Shown here: positions 1-10,541 of the stretch, in pieces
How positions within the stretch are numbered: position 1 is the first letter of the stretch
How the letters are laid out: the number at the start of each line of letters is the position of its first letter
DNA from: an uncultured Chloroflexia bacterium
GTDB lineage: Bacteria; Chloroflexota; Anaerolineae; CG2-30-64-16
Direction of reading: 5' to 3'
NCBI GenBank assembly: GCA_963695715.1
Contig: CAVOHP010000026.1
Location: forward strand, 818-64,817
DNA: 64,000 nucleotides
Notes under the pieces: generated by a model
Told to the model about the DNA's origin: nothing
Database searches by the model: none
The model's input: the letters and a program-made list of their open reading frames with translations, nothing else
Program-made: the position numbers and the translations under genes

Positions 1-1134
1 GCCGGGGTGACCGGATTCGAGCAGGGTTTGGACGGTCTTGAGCTTCTCTGCATCGGTCACATCGGCGCGGATTTCGATGCCGCCCGCCGGGGCCAACCGG
101 AAGACGGCTTGCTGCGAGAAGTAGAGCGCGCCGACGCCGCGGTCGCCCGACCACTCGTCAACCGCAGCGTCGGGCGCATAATCCACCGGGGCGAAGGCCA
201 GCTCGTTGAGCCAGTCGGTAATGGCGCCCCCGGAGGTGACGTAGCCTGCGGCTTCGCTGGAACCGAACGCCAGGCCGAGGACGGCGTTGGCGTCGAGCGA
301 CATGGAGCCTGCCAGGGCGGTCACTTCGCCGTCATTGACGACTTCGAGCGGAACGCCGAATTCCGCGCCGATGCGCGTGAACATCTCGCGCACCCGATCG
401 TAGCGTTCATCGGGAACGCCGCGGAAGAGCGAGGCGACCCTGGGGCGGTTATCCACGTAGACGCCGGCCGCGCTGCCGCCAATGGCGTCGAGGCGCGGGA
501 GTTTTGCGCTTGCATTGCGGATGGCCGTGACGATGTGGTGGTAGTGATAATCGGGGTCCGTCTGTCCGCGCGGTTCCCAGACGATCTCTTCACTGAAGAT
601 CGCTTCGCCGTTGGCGACGGCGGAGACCTTCAGATCGGACGCGCCGAGATCGAACCCGATGCGATAGCCGTCGAGATGGCGGCCGAGGGATTTTTCCGGC
701 TCGTGCGCGGGCGGCACGTCGGAAGCGGCGCAGACGATGATCTGGAAGGGGCGTCCATAGACGGTATCGCCCATGAAGGTGTAGTCAAAGCGGCGCGCGC
801 CGGTCGGTGAGTAGGCGTGCGCGAGATATTCGCCGATGCCGGCCGGTCCGCCGACGTAGACGCGATATGCGCCGCGCTGCCACAGCAGAAACTTGAGAAG
901 GCGCTCCGCATAGGGCAAGTTGACGGTTGCGTCGGGGTGATGATCGGGGTAGACGACCGTCTCGAAGCGTGAGAGTGCGCCGTGGGGGCGCTCAAGGCCG
1001 AACACCAGGGGAACGCCCGCACCGGACGCGGATACCGCAGCGCGGAAGGCGCGGTTTGCCAGCACAGCCGGGCGATAGACAGGATCGAGCGGCGGCGCGG
1101 TGCGCGGCGGCGGGTATAAATGCTCAGTCATCAT
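1..1134 (-). CDS. ASKHA-fold sugar kinase, ROK/glucokinase-like (3' end lies beyond the left edge of the window)
   Basis: Not in the ORF track because it runs off the window. My own minus-strand translation from ATG at 1134/1131 reads without stops to position 1: MTEHLYPPP...GYRIGFDLGASDLKVSAV, IGGSAAGVYVDN, VVNDGEVTALAGS (ROK-like regions). The listed + ORF 7..810 is its antisense shadow. Confidence 0.6.
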   Translation of the reverse strand, partial: MMTEHLYPPPRTAPPLDPVYRPAVLANRAFRAAVSASGAGVPLVFGLERPHGALSRFETVVYPDHHPDATVNLPYAERLLKFLLWQRGAYRVYVGGPAGIGEYLAHAYSPTGARRFDYTFMGDTVYGRPFQIIVCAASDVPPAHEPEKSLGRHLDGYRIGFDLGASDLKVSAVANGEAIFSEEIVWEPRGQTDPDYHYHHIVTAIRNASAKLPRLDAIGGSAAGVYVDNRPRVASLFRGVPDERYDRVREMFTRIGAEFGVPLEVVNDGEVTALAGSMSLDANAVLGLAFGSSEAAGYVTSGGAITDWLNELAFAPVDYAPDAAVDEWSGDRGVGALYFSQQAVFRLAPAGGIEIRADVTDAEKLKTVQTLLESGHPG

Positions 1135-1331
1135 CCGTGGGGTCTCCGAGTATGCCCGTTCAGGCGCGATTATACCATATCCGTAGCGCCGGGATCAGCG
1201 ACGTAGGAATGCCAAATGCAGGCGCTTCTCAAATATTGGATTGGAGGCTTCAGCCGGTTTTACCGGCAACAAGGGTTGTGCGCTCGACCGGCTGCAGGTC
1301 TCGACTCCGAGTACGCTAATCAGTAGATCCG

Positions 1332-2075
1332 CTACCAGCGCGACAGAAGGTCGCGCACTTTGGCGAGCTGGATGGCAGACTCGGTATATTCGTTCTCGCC
1401 GCTGTGGTGCTCGACGCTGTAGCAGCCGGCATAGCCGGAGTCGCGCAGCATGGTCAGGCTGTCTGCGAGCGAATTCTCGGTGATCTCCCAGGAGATATGG
1501 GTGTGCATGGCCCAGGGCGCCATTTGCGCGTCGCCGGCGTTGCCGCGGAAGTGAAGCAACATGCCGAAGCCGGGGTGATCTACCGCTTTGCAGATGCGGA
1601 CCATGTTATCGGGAACGACTTCGGGGCCCCAGTGGTTCTCGGGGCCGACGCGGTAGCCATTGTCGAGGGCGCGCTGCGCGTATTCCTGGTAGCGGGTCAC
1701 GATAAGGTCCATCTGTTCATCGGTGAAGGTTTCGCCCTGGCCGCCGGCGTCAATGCGGAGGGTGCGCGCGCCGAGGACTTCGGCGACGTGCATATAGCGG
1801 AGCGCGTCCCTATAGTGTTGATCACGTTGCCCGGCGTCTTCTTCCCAGATGTGCGGGCCGTCTACACAGAGGTTGACCAGCGTCAGGCCGCGCTCATCCA
1901 GCCCCCGGCGGACTTTCACCAGATAGTCGTCATCGGTGCTGAGCAACATGCCGTTCCAGATGTCGGCGGCGTCGAGGCCATAGCGGTATTTGCTGCTTTC
2001 CAGGTAGCCGAAAAGGTCAATCATGCCGTCACGGAGCAGGCCGTGGAATGCGTAGGATGCGATCGCGATGTTCAT
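1332..2075 (-). CDS. sugar phosphate isomerase/epimerase (xylose-isomerase-like TIM barrel)
   Basis: Last 247 aa of ORF 1332..2408, from the internal ATG at 2073-2075 (MNIAIASYAFHGLLRDG...RIDAGGQGE...VGPENHWG...YSVEHHSGENEY). The upstream 111 aa of that ORF are read-through of a repeat element plus the tail of the neighbouring gene. Confidence 0.75.
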   Translation of the reverse strand: MNIAIASYAFHGLLRDGMIDLFGYLESSKYRYGLDAADIWNGMLLSTDDDYLVKVRRGLDERGLTLVNLCVDGPHIWEEDAGQRDQHYRDALRYMHVAEVLGARTLRIDAGGQGETFTDEQMDLIVTRYQEYAQRALDNGYRVGPENHWGPEVVPDNMVRICKAVDHPGFGMLLHFRGNAGDAQMAPWAMHTHISWEITENSLADSLTMLRDSGYAGCYSVEHHSGENEYTESAIQLAKVRDLLSRW

Positions 2076-2095
2076 CGGGTGTCCTTTCTTTTTGC

Positions 2096-2149
2096 CACGA
2101 ATTACACGAATTATACGAATTCTCTTCGGAATCATTCGTGTAATTCGTG
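2096..2149. repeat. intergenic hairpin element, CACGAAT family (perfect 16-bp arms, 22-nt loop)
   Basis: Arms CACGAATTACACGAAT (2096-2111) and ATTCGTGTAATTCGTG (2134-2149) are exact reverse complements. The 31-mer TTTGCCACGAATTACACGAATTATACGAATT (2091-2121) recurs identically at 15737-15767. Confidence 0.85.
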
Positions 2150-2161
2150 TGCAGGATTTTG

Positions 2162-3266
2162 TCAAAGCGCTGATAGCGGCAGCGGATCGAAGGTGGTGCG
2201 CAGGGTCTGGGTTTGCGCCGGTTTCGGCGGCGCGGTAGCCGGACTCGATGATGTCGATGACGTGGCGGGCGTGTTCGGCGGTGGCGATGGAAGGCTTGCC
2301 CTCGCGCACCCAGTCCACCAGCTGCATCATGTCCTCGAAGACGTGTGACTCGGCCATGTCGGTGTGCGGCCCGGTGACGTGCGGCTCGTGATCGCCGGGC
2401 AGGCGCAAGTCCTGATCGCCGAAGGTCGTGCCGATGATCGCGCCGGATGCGCCGTAGATGTTGGGTTGAAACCCTTGGTTACCGAGCCTGCGACCGTGCC
2501 GTAGACGAAGGCGAACAACGAATTGCCGAAATCCAGCAGCAGCAGGGTGGTGTCGTCCATCTCGCAGGCGATTTCCTCGCCGTGGTATTCGCGCTCGGGG
2601 ATGACCAGGCCGGACATGGCTGTGACCCGTTTGGCAGGCCCCATGATGCCGGTCAGGGCGTGGAGGCAGTAGACGGTCACGTCATACTGGGGGCCGCCGC
2701 CGGGGCGCTTGAAGTACCACGCGGGGTTGACATCGGTGAGGATATCTTCGCCGGTGCGGAACTCCTCCTTCATGTGGTAGTCGCCGACGCCGGACACGCC
2801 GGTGACGATCCAGCTCAGCCGGCCCAGCGCGCCTTCGAGGATCAACTTGCGGATGCGCCGGTTGTGCGGGTAGAGCATCATGCCGGGGGAGGCGACGATG
2901 ATGATGCCTTTCTCGGTCGCGGCTTCGATCAGCGCGTCGGCTTCGGCCACGGTGGTGGTCATGGTCTTGTTGAAGTGGATGTGCTTGCCGGCGCGATGGC
3001 CTGCATGCCCTGGTCGAAGTGGAGGCCGATGGGCGAGCAGAGCGTCACGGCTTGCACGTTGGGGTCGGCGAGCAGTTCTTCGTAGGTGAGATAGTGCGCG
3101 GCGACGCCGTACTTGTGGGCCGCGGCTTCGCGCGACCGGGGACAGGATCGCAGATGGCGGCGAGCCGGACGCGATCACCCACGTCGGGCTGGCTGAGGTG
3201 CCTCAGTGCGCCGCGGATGCCGATGGCGCCTGCGCCGACAACGCCGATGCCGAGTCGTTCAGTCAT
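2162..3266 (-). CDS. Gfo/Idh/MocA family oxidoreductase, needs about 4 frame changes in this assembly
   Basis: N-terminus MTERLGIGVVGAGAIG (ORF 3045..3314). Then an unlisted frame reads REAAAHKYGVAAHYLTYEELLADPNVQAVTLCSPIGLHFDQGMQAIA. ORF 2327..3178 gives AGKHIHFNKTMTTTVAEADALIEAA...GTVAGSVTKGF. The upstream part of ORF 1332..2408 gives NIYGASGAIIG...EHARHVIDIIESGYRAAETG. The last 18 aa, QTQTLRTTFDPLPLSAL-stop, are in yet another frame. Shifts at about 3145, 2992, 2462 and 2215. Confidence 0.75.
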
Positions 3267-3355
3267 GGGAACCTCCAGATTATTGCTAGCACACGAATTA
3301 CTCGAATGATTCACGAGAAAGTTCGGTCAATTCGCGAAATGTCGTGGCACGGTTT

Positions 3356-4243
3356 CTAGCGCCAGGCGGTGGTGTGCTGCCAGCCGACGGTCTCTTTGAG
3401 CTTGCGGTTTGAGAGAAGGCTGGCGTGACCGGGAAGGTCGCGGACCACGGGCAGCAGCTCGGGCCGGTATCGCTCGACCAATTCCAGCGTCGGTTCGAGC
3501 GCGGTGGTGTCGTCTGCGTTGCAGAAGTACGCGCCGTGCGGTTCGATCTCGTCGGCTTTTTCCATGAGCAGGCGATGCGCGGAGGCAACGTCTTCGCTGC
3601 CCACCCAGGCCCACAGCCACTCGTTCCAACCCGTTGCGGGGCGTGCGTTCTCGGCGATGCTGCGGCGGCGTTCGGCGCTGCAGATTCCCGCGGCGCGGAC
3701 GCCGTAGGTGCGGATGCCGTAAGCGCGGGTGTAGGAGGCCATCAACTCTTCATCGGCCAGCTTGGAGTAGGAGTACGTGTCTTCGACGAAGGATGGGTGC
3801 GCCTCATCGGCGGGCAGATACTGGAAGGGGAAGGGATCGCCGCTGATGCGATAGCCGTGACCGAGCGCGCAGTTGCTGCTTGTCATAACAAAGGTCTTGA
3901 CGCCTGATGCGACGGCCGCCTGCAGGAGGTAGTAGACGCCGAGGATGTTGGCGCGGATCGTCGTGTCGAACGGGAGATCGAGCTTTGCGGCCATGTCGCG
4001 CTGGCCCGGGTGATCGGTGGGCCAGGATTCCGCGGCGACGTGTTGCACGGCGTCATAGCCGCCGTCCAGCGCGCGTTGGCACGCCGCCCAGTCGGTGACA
4101 TCGCCTTCGATCCAGGGCCAGTCGCCCAGCGCGGGGTCGGGCCGGCTGCGCGAGAAGAGGGTGAGTTGGTGGCCGTGTGCGGCCAATTCACGGACGACGA
4201 ACGGGCCGGTTCTGCTGTTGGGCCCGGTGACCAGGACTTTCAT
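3356..4243 (-). CDS. NAD-dependent epimerase/dehydratase (extended SDR)
   Basis: Intact 295-aa ORF: MKVLVTGPNSRTGPFVV (Rossmann start), YSYSKLADE (YxxxK). AGGAG lies 8 nt upstream of the ATG. Confidence 0.85.
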   Translation of the reverse strand: MKVLVTGPNSRTGPFVVRELAAHGHQLTLFSRSRPDPALGDWPWIEGDVTDWAACQRALDGGYDAVQHVAAESWPTDHPGQRDMAAKLDLPFDTTIRANILGVYYLLQAAVASGVKTFVMTSSNCALGHGYRISGDPFPFQYLPADEAHPSFVEDTYSYSKLADEELMASYTRAYGIRTYGVRAAGICSAERRRSIAENARPATGWNEWLWAWVGSEDVASAHRLLMEKADEIEPHGAYFCNADDTTALEPTLELVERYRPELLPVVRDLPGHASLLSNRKLKETVGWQHTTAWR

Positions 4244-4262
4244 GTGGACGCTCCTAAGAATT

Positions 4263-4289
4263 CACCACCAAGACACGAAGGACACGAAG
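4263..4289. repeat. intergenic CACGAAG-family repeat (CACCACCAAGACACGAAGGACACGAAG)
   Basis: Sits 20 nt upstream of the SDR start codon. Its near-identical partner (25/27) is the reverse complement of 17990-18015. Confidence 0.7.
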
Positions 4290-4359
4290 ATAAGAAAAGG
4301 AAACAGGTAGACAAGGAAACAAGGGAGTGGTTGCCTGGATTGCGTTGCTCCTGGTTTCA

Positions 4360-5464
4360 TCAGACGGTCAGGGCGGTGGAGACGGATGCGGCTTTGACCT
4401 CGTCGGCGGTGACTTCACGGCCCAGGTCGCTGGAAAGATAGACGCCCTCGGCGATCAGCATGTGGTTGAGGGCGAGTTCGGCGGTGGGCAGCAACGGCAC
4501 GCGGCCTTGCAGCGCGGCGATCCAATGCTTCTCCGGGCTGTCGTAGGCGTCGCCGTTCACGCCGACGTTGTGGATGCGCCAGTCGAAACCGCCCAGATCG
4601 GCGCCGCCGTTGATGTCGAGGTCGCCGGCGCTGAAGAAGAAGCCGAACGGGTCGAGCCGGACGCCGCCGAGGCTGCCGACGACGTAGGAGCCGTCGAACT
4701 TGTCGAGGTGGATGGCCCACGACTCGATGAGGTCGAGCGTCAGGTCGCCGGAGAGGCGCACGAAGCCCATGCCCGAGCTCTTCCACGTCGTAGCCGCTGC
4801 GGTCGCGCCGCGCCTGATCCATGGGCGTCTTCTGGTAGGTTTTGCCGGAGATGCGCAACACCTCGGGGTTGTCCAGGAGATAAAGGATGCGCGCAATGTG
4901 ATAGACGCCCATGTCGAACATCGCGCCGCCGGCGGCATTGGCCTTCTGCACGAAGTTGGGCGTGCCGTAGCCGTCTACATAAGGGCGGCCGCGGCGGCGG
5001 AAGCCGGCGGAGCGCGCATGGTAGACCTCGCCGAGGCGACCCGCTTCGATCAACGCTTTGGCGGCCTTGGTCTCGTTGGAATAGAGCGTGCTGAGCTGGA
5101 TGGAGAACATCCGGTCGAGCCGGCGCGCCGTTTCGAGCATGACGGCGGCGTCGGCGTAGGAGCCGGCCATCGGTTTCTCGCAATAGACGTGTTTGCCGGC
5201 CTCCAGCGCCGCCACGGCGACGGGCATGTGGAGGTTGTTGTGGAGACACACGTCCACCGCGGTGATGTCGTCGCGGGCGAGCAGTTGCCGGAAGTCGGCG
5301 TAGGCGTTGGGGATGCCGTATTTTTCGGCCACGCGTTGCGCCTCGGCCTCGTTGAGGTCTGCGACCGCGACCATCTCGGCGTCGGGGACGCGGGTGTAGC
5401 GGTCTACGTGGGCTTTGCCGATCTGCCCGACGCCGATGACGCCGACGCGAATCTTTTCAGTCAT
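4360..5464 (-). CDS. Gfo/Idh/MocA family oxidoreductase, one frame change (about 4775)
   Basis: ORF 4415..5464 is good to ...[12 protein letters not shown] ([24 protein letters not shown] motif). It continues in ORF 4360..4938 as [25 protein letters not shown]...[27 protein letters not shown]. Confidence 0.8.
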
Positions 5465-5531
5465 GGGGATGCCTCCTTCTGTTTCTTGTTACGAACCACG
5501 GACTCACAGCACGGAACGCACCGATATTGAA

Positions 5532-6552
5532 TTATTGTTTCCAGGGCAACAGGAGAATCTTGGCAGCCTGGCCTGTCATTTGGATTTCGAACGCCTCGCG
5601 GACCTGGTTCATCGGCATGATGTGGCTGACCAGGAGATCGAGCAGCGGCGATTGTTGGATGACCTGCATGATCAGGGGATAGTCGTTCAGGTTGTAATGC
5701 CATGAGCCGATCAGCGTCAGCCCCTTGCGGATCATGTCGGGGCTGATTTTGATGGCGAGGTCGTCGTTGCATTCGCCGACGAAGGCGACTTTGCCCTTGC
5801 GTCGGGCGGCGTCAATGCACAGGCGTTGCGCCTGCACCGTGCCGGAGCAATCCAGCGCGCAGTCCACGCCCTTGCCGTCGGTGAGTTGCCGGATCTTCGG
5901 CAAGATGTCGGCGTCACGCGGGTCGAGGACCGCCGCCGCGCCCAACTGCGCCGCTCGCTCCATGCGCCAGGGGATGGATTCGACCGCGATGACGCGCGCG
6001 TTGCGGAAGCGCGCGTTGGCGACGCCGCCCAGCCCCACCGGCCCCATCCCGGCGATCAGGACCGTATCGAAGGCGCTGAGGGCCATGCTCTGAAATGCGC
6101 CGAAGGAAGGGCCGAGCGCGCAAAGCGCCAGCGCCGCGCGTTCATACGAGACGTCGTCGGGGATGCGCGGCAGGAGCCAGCCTGGTTTCAAGAGGTATTG
6201 CGCATAGGTGGCCTTGCCCTCGGGACCGCCGGTGAACGCATCGAAATTATACCGTATGCTCGCAGTGGATGTAGTCGCCGGCCACGCACAGCGCGCACTC
6301 GCCGCACGGATATTGCGGCATCACGACCACGCGATCACCGACCCGGACCCGGCCGGGTTGCGCGACCGCCACGACTTCGCCGACGGCCTCATGCCCGAGG
6401 AACTCCGACTGGTGGCCGGACTTGTACATCTTGTACTCGGTGCACATGGGGGTGATCATGACCTTGACCAGCGCCCAGTCTTCCTTCGGTTGAGGCTCGG
6501 GGGCTTCGACCAGCTCTACGTGTTGTTTTCCGCGAATGACCGCTTTTTTCAT
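5532..6552 (-). CDS. zinc-type medium-chain alcohol/polyol dehydrogenase, one frame change (about 6200-6245)
   Basis: N-terminal ORF 6247..6552 (GHEAVGEVVAV, CGECALCVAGDYIHC zinc motifs) plus C-terminal ORF 5532..6191 (LIAGMGPVGLG Rossmann). Confidence 0.8.
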
Positions 6553-6674
6553 GGGTGTTCCCTCCGCATTGAGACTATCCCGGTCGCCGGGCGCGTGCTT
6601 ACTTTTGGTGATGGCTCTATTGTAGCATTCTCATGACGGCGCTACCAGAACATTTAGTCTATCTTCTTTCTAGC

Positions 6675-6710
6675 GTAGTGGCGGCTCGCAGCGGCTGAAG
6701 CCGCCACTAC
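6675..6710 (-). terminator. GC-rich hairpin downstream of the fucosidase gene
   Basis: GTAGTGGCGGC (6675-6685) pairs with GCCGCCACTAC (6700-6710). There is no clear U-tract, so the function is uncertain. Confidence 0.35.
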
Positions 6711-6731
6711 GAAGGAAGGCGCCGCCCGAGA

Positions 6732-8193
6732 TCACACGGCGGGGGTGATCCGCAGGGCGTACGCAGGCGCAGGGGCCAGCGAGCCGGGGAGGGTCACGGT
6801 GAGACCGGCGGATGTGCGCGACCAGGCGACTGCGCCGGGAGCGCCGAGGAGGTTGACCTCGGAGATCGCGCCGGGGTAGTGCGCGCTGCCTTCGGCCAGT
6901 GACTCGATCTCGATGCGGCCGTCTTGCGGGTGGCCGAGCGCGAGGGCGTATAGCACATCGTCCTTCTTCGTGAAGCGGATATCCTCGGGCGGTGAAACCG
7001 GTGCGTGCGGTGTCATGGAAGGCGCCGCCGACAATCTGCGTGGGGCCTTCGCCGTAGATCACCCACGGGCGGGTACGCGTAGATCGCTTCGCCATTGACG
7101 GCCAGCCATGCGCCGATCTCCTCGAGGATGGCGATCTCCGGCTCGGGAATTGTGCCGTCGGGGCGGGGGCCGATGTTGAGGAGCAGGCAGCCGTTCTTGC
7201 TGACGATATCGGCCAGATCGCCGATGATGTCCTTCGCGGTCTTGTAGTCTTGCTCGGCGACGTAGCCCCACGAGTTCTTGGAGATGGAGGTGTCGGTCTG
7301 CCAGAAGTTGGGGAGCATTTCGGTGGCCTGGCCGCGCTCGATGTCGAAGACGGCGGCGTCGGGCGGGAAGGGATCGTACTTGTAGTTGATGGCGACGCCC
7401 AGCCCCCACTCCACGCCACGGTTGTAGTAATAGGCGGCGAAGCGCTGCATGTAGGGCTCGAAGGCGGCCTGCTCGATCCACCAATCGAACCAGAGGACCT
7501 GCGGGCGGTATTTGTCCACGATCTCGCAGGTGCGCGCCAGCCAGTCTTCCAGGAATTTCGCATCGGGGCGCGGCCGCCAGTCCAGGCTCTTCCAGGCGTT
7601 GTCGCTATGCGGGCCGTCGGAGTTGATGATCGAGGTCGCCGGGCCGTAGAAGTCGGCGTAGCGCGGGTCGTTGACGTCGGAATCGAAGGCGCGCCCGCCG
7701 TTCATGAACCACCAGTGTTCGGCGCGGTGCGAGGAGGCGCTGAAGACCAGCCCCTCGGCCCGCACGGCGTCGGCCAGATCGCCGATCAGGTCGCGCTTCG
7801 GCCCCATCTTCGCCGCGCACCATTCGGTCAGCGCCGAGTCATACATGGGGAAGCCGTCGTGGTGCTCGGCGACCGGCATCACGTACTTCGCGCCGGCGCG
7901 CTTGAAGAGGGCGGCCCAGGCTGCGGGGTCGTACTTCTCGGCCTTGAACATGGGGATGAAGTCTTTGTAGCCGAATTCGCTCTGCGGCCCCCAGGTTTTG
8001 ACGTGATGCTCGAACTCGGGGCGATCCTTGAGGTACATGTTGCGCGGGTACCATTCGTTGCCGAAGGCGGGCACGGCGTAGAGACCCCAGTGGATGAAGA
8101 TGCCGAACTTGGCGTCGAGATACCACTCGGGAACGCGGTAGGTTTTGAGGGATTTCCAGGTGGGTTCGAAGGGTCCGGTGACTGTCGAGACAT
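6732..8193 (-). CDS. alpha-L-fucosidase, GH29 (copy 1), at least 3 frame changes
   Basis: The core is in ORF 7013..8074 (AKFGIFIHWGLYAVPAFGNEWY just upstream of its Met, VAEHHDGFPMYDS, LWFDWW, LLLNIGPRPDGTIP). The C-terminus continues through TRPWVIYGEGPTQIVGGAFHD (frame of 6670..7563), then ...PEDIRFTKKDDVLYALALG...ITPAV (ORF 6732..7034). The ATG at 8193 with an AGAGAGG RBS is one base out of frame with VSTVTGPFEPTWKSL. Confidence 0.8.
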
Positions 8194-8299
8194 GTGTGTT
8201 CCTCTCTTGGTGAATGAATGCGATCGCGAACGATCTGTCGGGTCGCGTTGACGAAAACGTTGGTTCTGCGGCAGGCCGGGACCGCGGGACGTAGGCCGC

Positions 8300-9537
8300 G
8301 ATGAGCGCCAGCGCCAGGAGCCAGCAGGATCAAGGCACGAACACGAACGGCGCTTTGGTTGCCAGGTGTAAAGCGCGCCTGCCAACGGGCCTGCGGGCAG
8401 AGAGACAAGCAAGGTCAGGGCGGTCGCAGCCGAAAACGTCGGCCAGCGCGCTCGTGGTCGTCGATGATGTTGGCCCAGTAGCTCTGGTTGGCCGGTTGGT
8501 AGACTGCCATGCCGATGGCGTTGAGGCTGGTGTAGAGCAGGGCGAGCCACGACGCGCCGGGCCGCGCCAACACGAACACCAGGCCGCCGGCGATCCAGAG
8601 CGCGCCGCCGAGCATCAGGTTGCCGAACACCTGCGGCGAACCGATCCTGCGGGCGGCCAGCAGGATCAGGCCGAGGGTGACGATGGCCGCAACGAACGGC
8701 AGCAGCGAGATCACGCTTTCCGGCAGGCCCATGCCGTGCCGGGTCGGCCAGGTAGATGGCGGCGTAGGTGGTCCACATGACCCCGACGAAGGCGACGATG
8801 TTGCGCACGATGAGAAAGCTGCGCGTGGGACCGTGACTCACCAGGTGACGCATCACGGCGACATACTCGCGCGCCAGGACGGCCGGCGCGGTCGTCTTGC
8901 ACTGCCGACATGCGCTCGATGCCGACCGTCGTCTCGTTGAGGGTGAATTGCCGCGTGATCGGCAACGCCGAGCGCCGAGATCATGTTGACGAGTCATGAT
9001 GACACGGCCCGCCGGCACGATGCTCCATACGGCGACCATGATCCCGGCGACGGGCGCGAACAGACCCGCAGCAGAGTGAGGAACTGGAACATGTTGTAGA
9101 CCGTTGCCGCGCCGTTCCTCGGGTACATCCTCCACGAACAGACACTCGAAGCTGGGTACGACGAGATACACGAAGCCGTTGATGATGCGCCCGATCACAA
9201 AATACCATGGGTTGCGTGCGATGGCGTAGAGGAACATCGGGATGCCCCAGCAGAAGATGTCGCCGATGACCAGCACGCGTTTGCGACCGAACCGATCGGC
9301 GAAGTAGCCGCCGAGGAGCGTGCTGGCGAATTGCGAGGCCGTGAGCACGCTGACAAGCAAACCGACTTGCATCTCGGTGACGCCAAGGCCGAGCATGTAG
9401 AGCGGCAGATAGGTGGTGTACCACTGGAAGAAGATCGCTCCTACACCTTCGGTGAGAACGATGACACGGGCGTTGCCCTGGACGCCGGCGAAGGACTCGC
9501 GGGTCTGGTTGGCGCGGCGGAGCAGAGGTTGGATCAC
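8300..9537 (-). CDS. MFS transporter, several frame changes, 3' end unresolved
   Basis: The first ~150 aa of ORF 7879..9537 are clean MFS (LGGYFADRFGRKRVL motif A). The C-terminal helices are in ORF 8415..8732 (MGLPESVISLLPFVAAIVTLGLILLAARR...). The rest of the 552-aa ORF is out-of-frame read-through. Confidence 0.55.
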
Positions 9538-9616
9538 GCAGAGTTCTCAGACACTGGACAGACGTGAAATGGCATGGCCGGCGCGCCGGCCATGCCACAT
9601 GGATCCCATCTTGCGC

Positions 9617-10540
9617 CTAGCCCTTGATGCCGGACATGACGATGCCCTGGACGAAGAAACGCTGGGCGATGAAGAAGAGGACGATGATGGGGATGAGCGA
9701 GATGACAGCCACCGCCATCATGTAATTGTACTGGACGTTGCCTTGGGTTCCCTGGAAGCGTTGCAGCGCGAGGGCCAGGGTTTGCTTTTCCGGGTCGCGC
9801 AGGTAGATCAGCGGACCGAGGAAGTTGTTCCAGTTGCCGATGAAGGCGAAGACGGCGACGGTGGCGAGCGCCGGCTTGGTCAGCGGGAGCAGGATGCGCG
9901 CGAAGATGCCCCACGTAGACGCGCCGTCAATGCGGGCCGCGTCGTCCAGTTCGTTCGGGAGCGTCATGAAGAACTGGCGCAGCAGGAAGATGAAGAAGGG
10001 CCAGCCGAACCAGGCCGGCACGGTGAGCGGCAGCAGGGTGTTGGTCCAACCGAGCCGGGCGAAGAGCACGTATTGCGGGATCAGGGTGACCCACATCGGG
10101 ACCATCATCGTTCCAAGCACCAGCATGAACAGGATGTTCTTCCCCGGGGCGCGCAAGCGGGCGAAGCCGTAGGCGGCCAGCGAGCAGGAGAACAGGTTGC
10201 CCACGATGTTGGTCAGCGTGACGATCAGCGAGTTCATCAACGGGATGTTGAAGTTCGTGTACTTGCTCCACCCGTCCGGGTAGTTCTGCCACTGGATCGG
10301 ATCGGGAATCCAGACCGGCGGGAACTTGAAGATCTGTTTGGGCACCTTCAATGAGGTGGAAACCATCCACAGGAAGGGCAGGATCAGCAACAGGGCGATG
10401 GGTATCGCAATGGCGAAGAAAGCGATGACCTTGATCGCCTGGCGCGTTTCAGGACGTTTGTGCCATGCCGTTTTGTGATGGACGGGGACCGTTTCGGTCT
10501 GTCCGGCCCCATGTCGGGGATCTTCGACGACTTGTTGCAT
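9617..10540 (-). CDS. carbohydrate ABC transporter permease (MalG-like)
   Basis: Intact 307-aa ORF with the EAA loop region LDDAARIDGASTWGIFARILLPLTKPAL. Confidence 0.9.
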   Translation of the reverse strand: MQQVVEDPRHGAGQTETVPVHHKTAWHKRPETRQAIKVIAFFAIAIPIALLLILPFLWMVSTSLKVPKQIFKFPPVWIPDPIQWQNYPDGWSKYTNFNIPLMNSLIVTLTNIVGNLFSCSLAAYGFARLRAPGKNILFMLVLGTMMVPMWVTLIPQYVLFARLGWTNTLLPLTVPAWFGWPFFIFLLRQFFMTLPNELDDAARIDGASTWGIFARILLPLTKPALATVAVFAFIGNWNNFLGPLIYLRDPEKQTLALALQRFQGTQGNVQYNYMMAVAVISLIPIIVLFFIAQRFFVQGIVMSGIKG

Positions 10541-10541
10541 C

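Noticed and set aside
7-810. 267-aa + strand ORF at the left edge
   Set aside because: Its Asp/Gly/Ala/Arg-rich composition is typical of the antisense frame of a high-GC gene. The minus strand reads as a clean ROK-like kinase across the same interval.
1404-2348. 314-aa + strand ORF
   Set aside because: It is the antisense shadow of the TIM-barrel isomerase and the Gfo gene tail. It crosses an intergenic repeat element and has no recognisable motifs.
7879-9537. 552-aa minus-strand ORF taken at face value
   Set aside because: Only the first ~150 aa are MFS-like. The remainder is Arg/Pro/Ser-rich out-of-frame read-through that even crosses the fucosidase 5' end, so it is a chimera created by indels.
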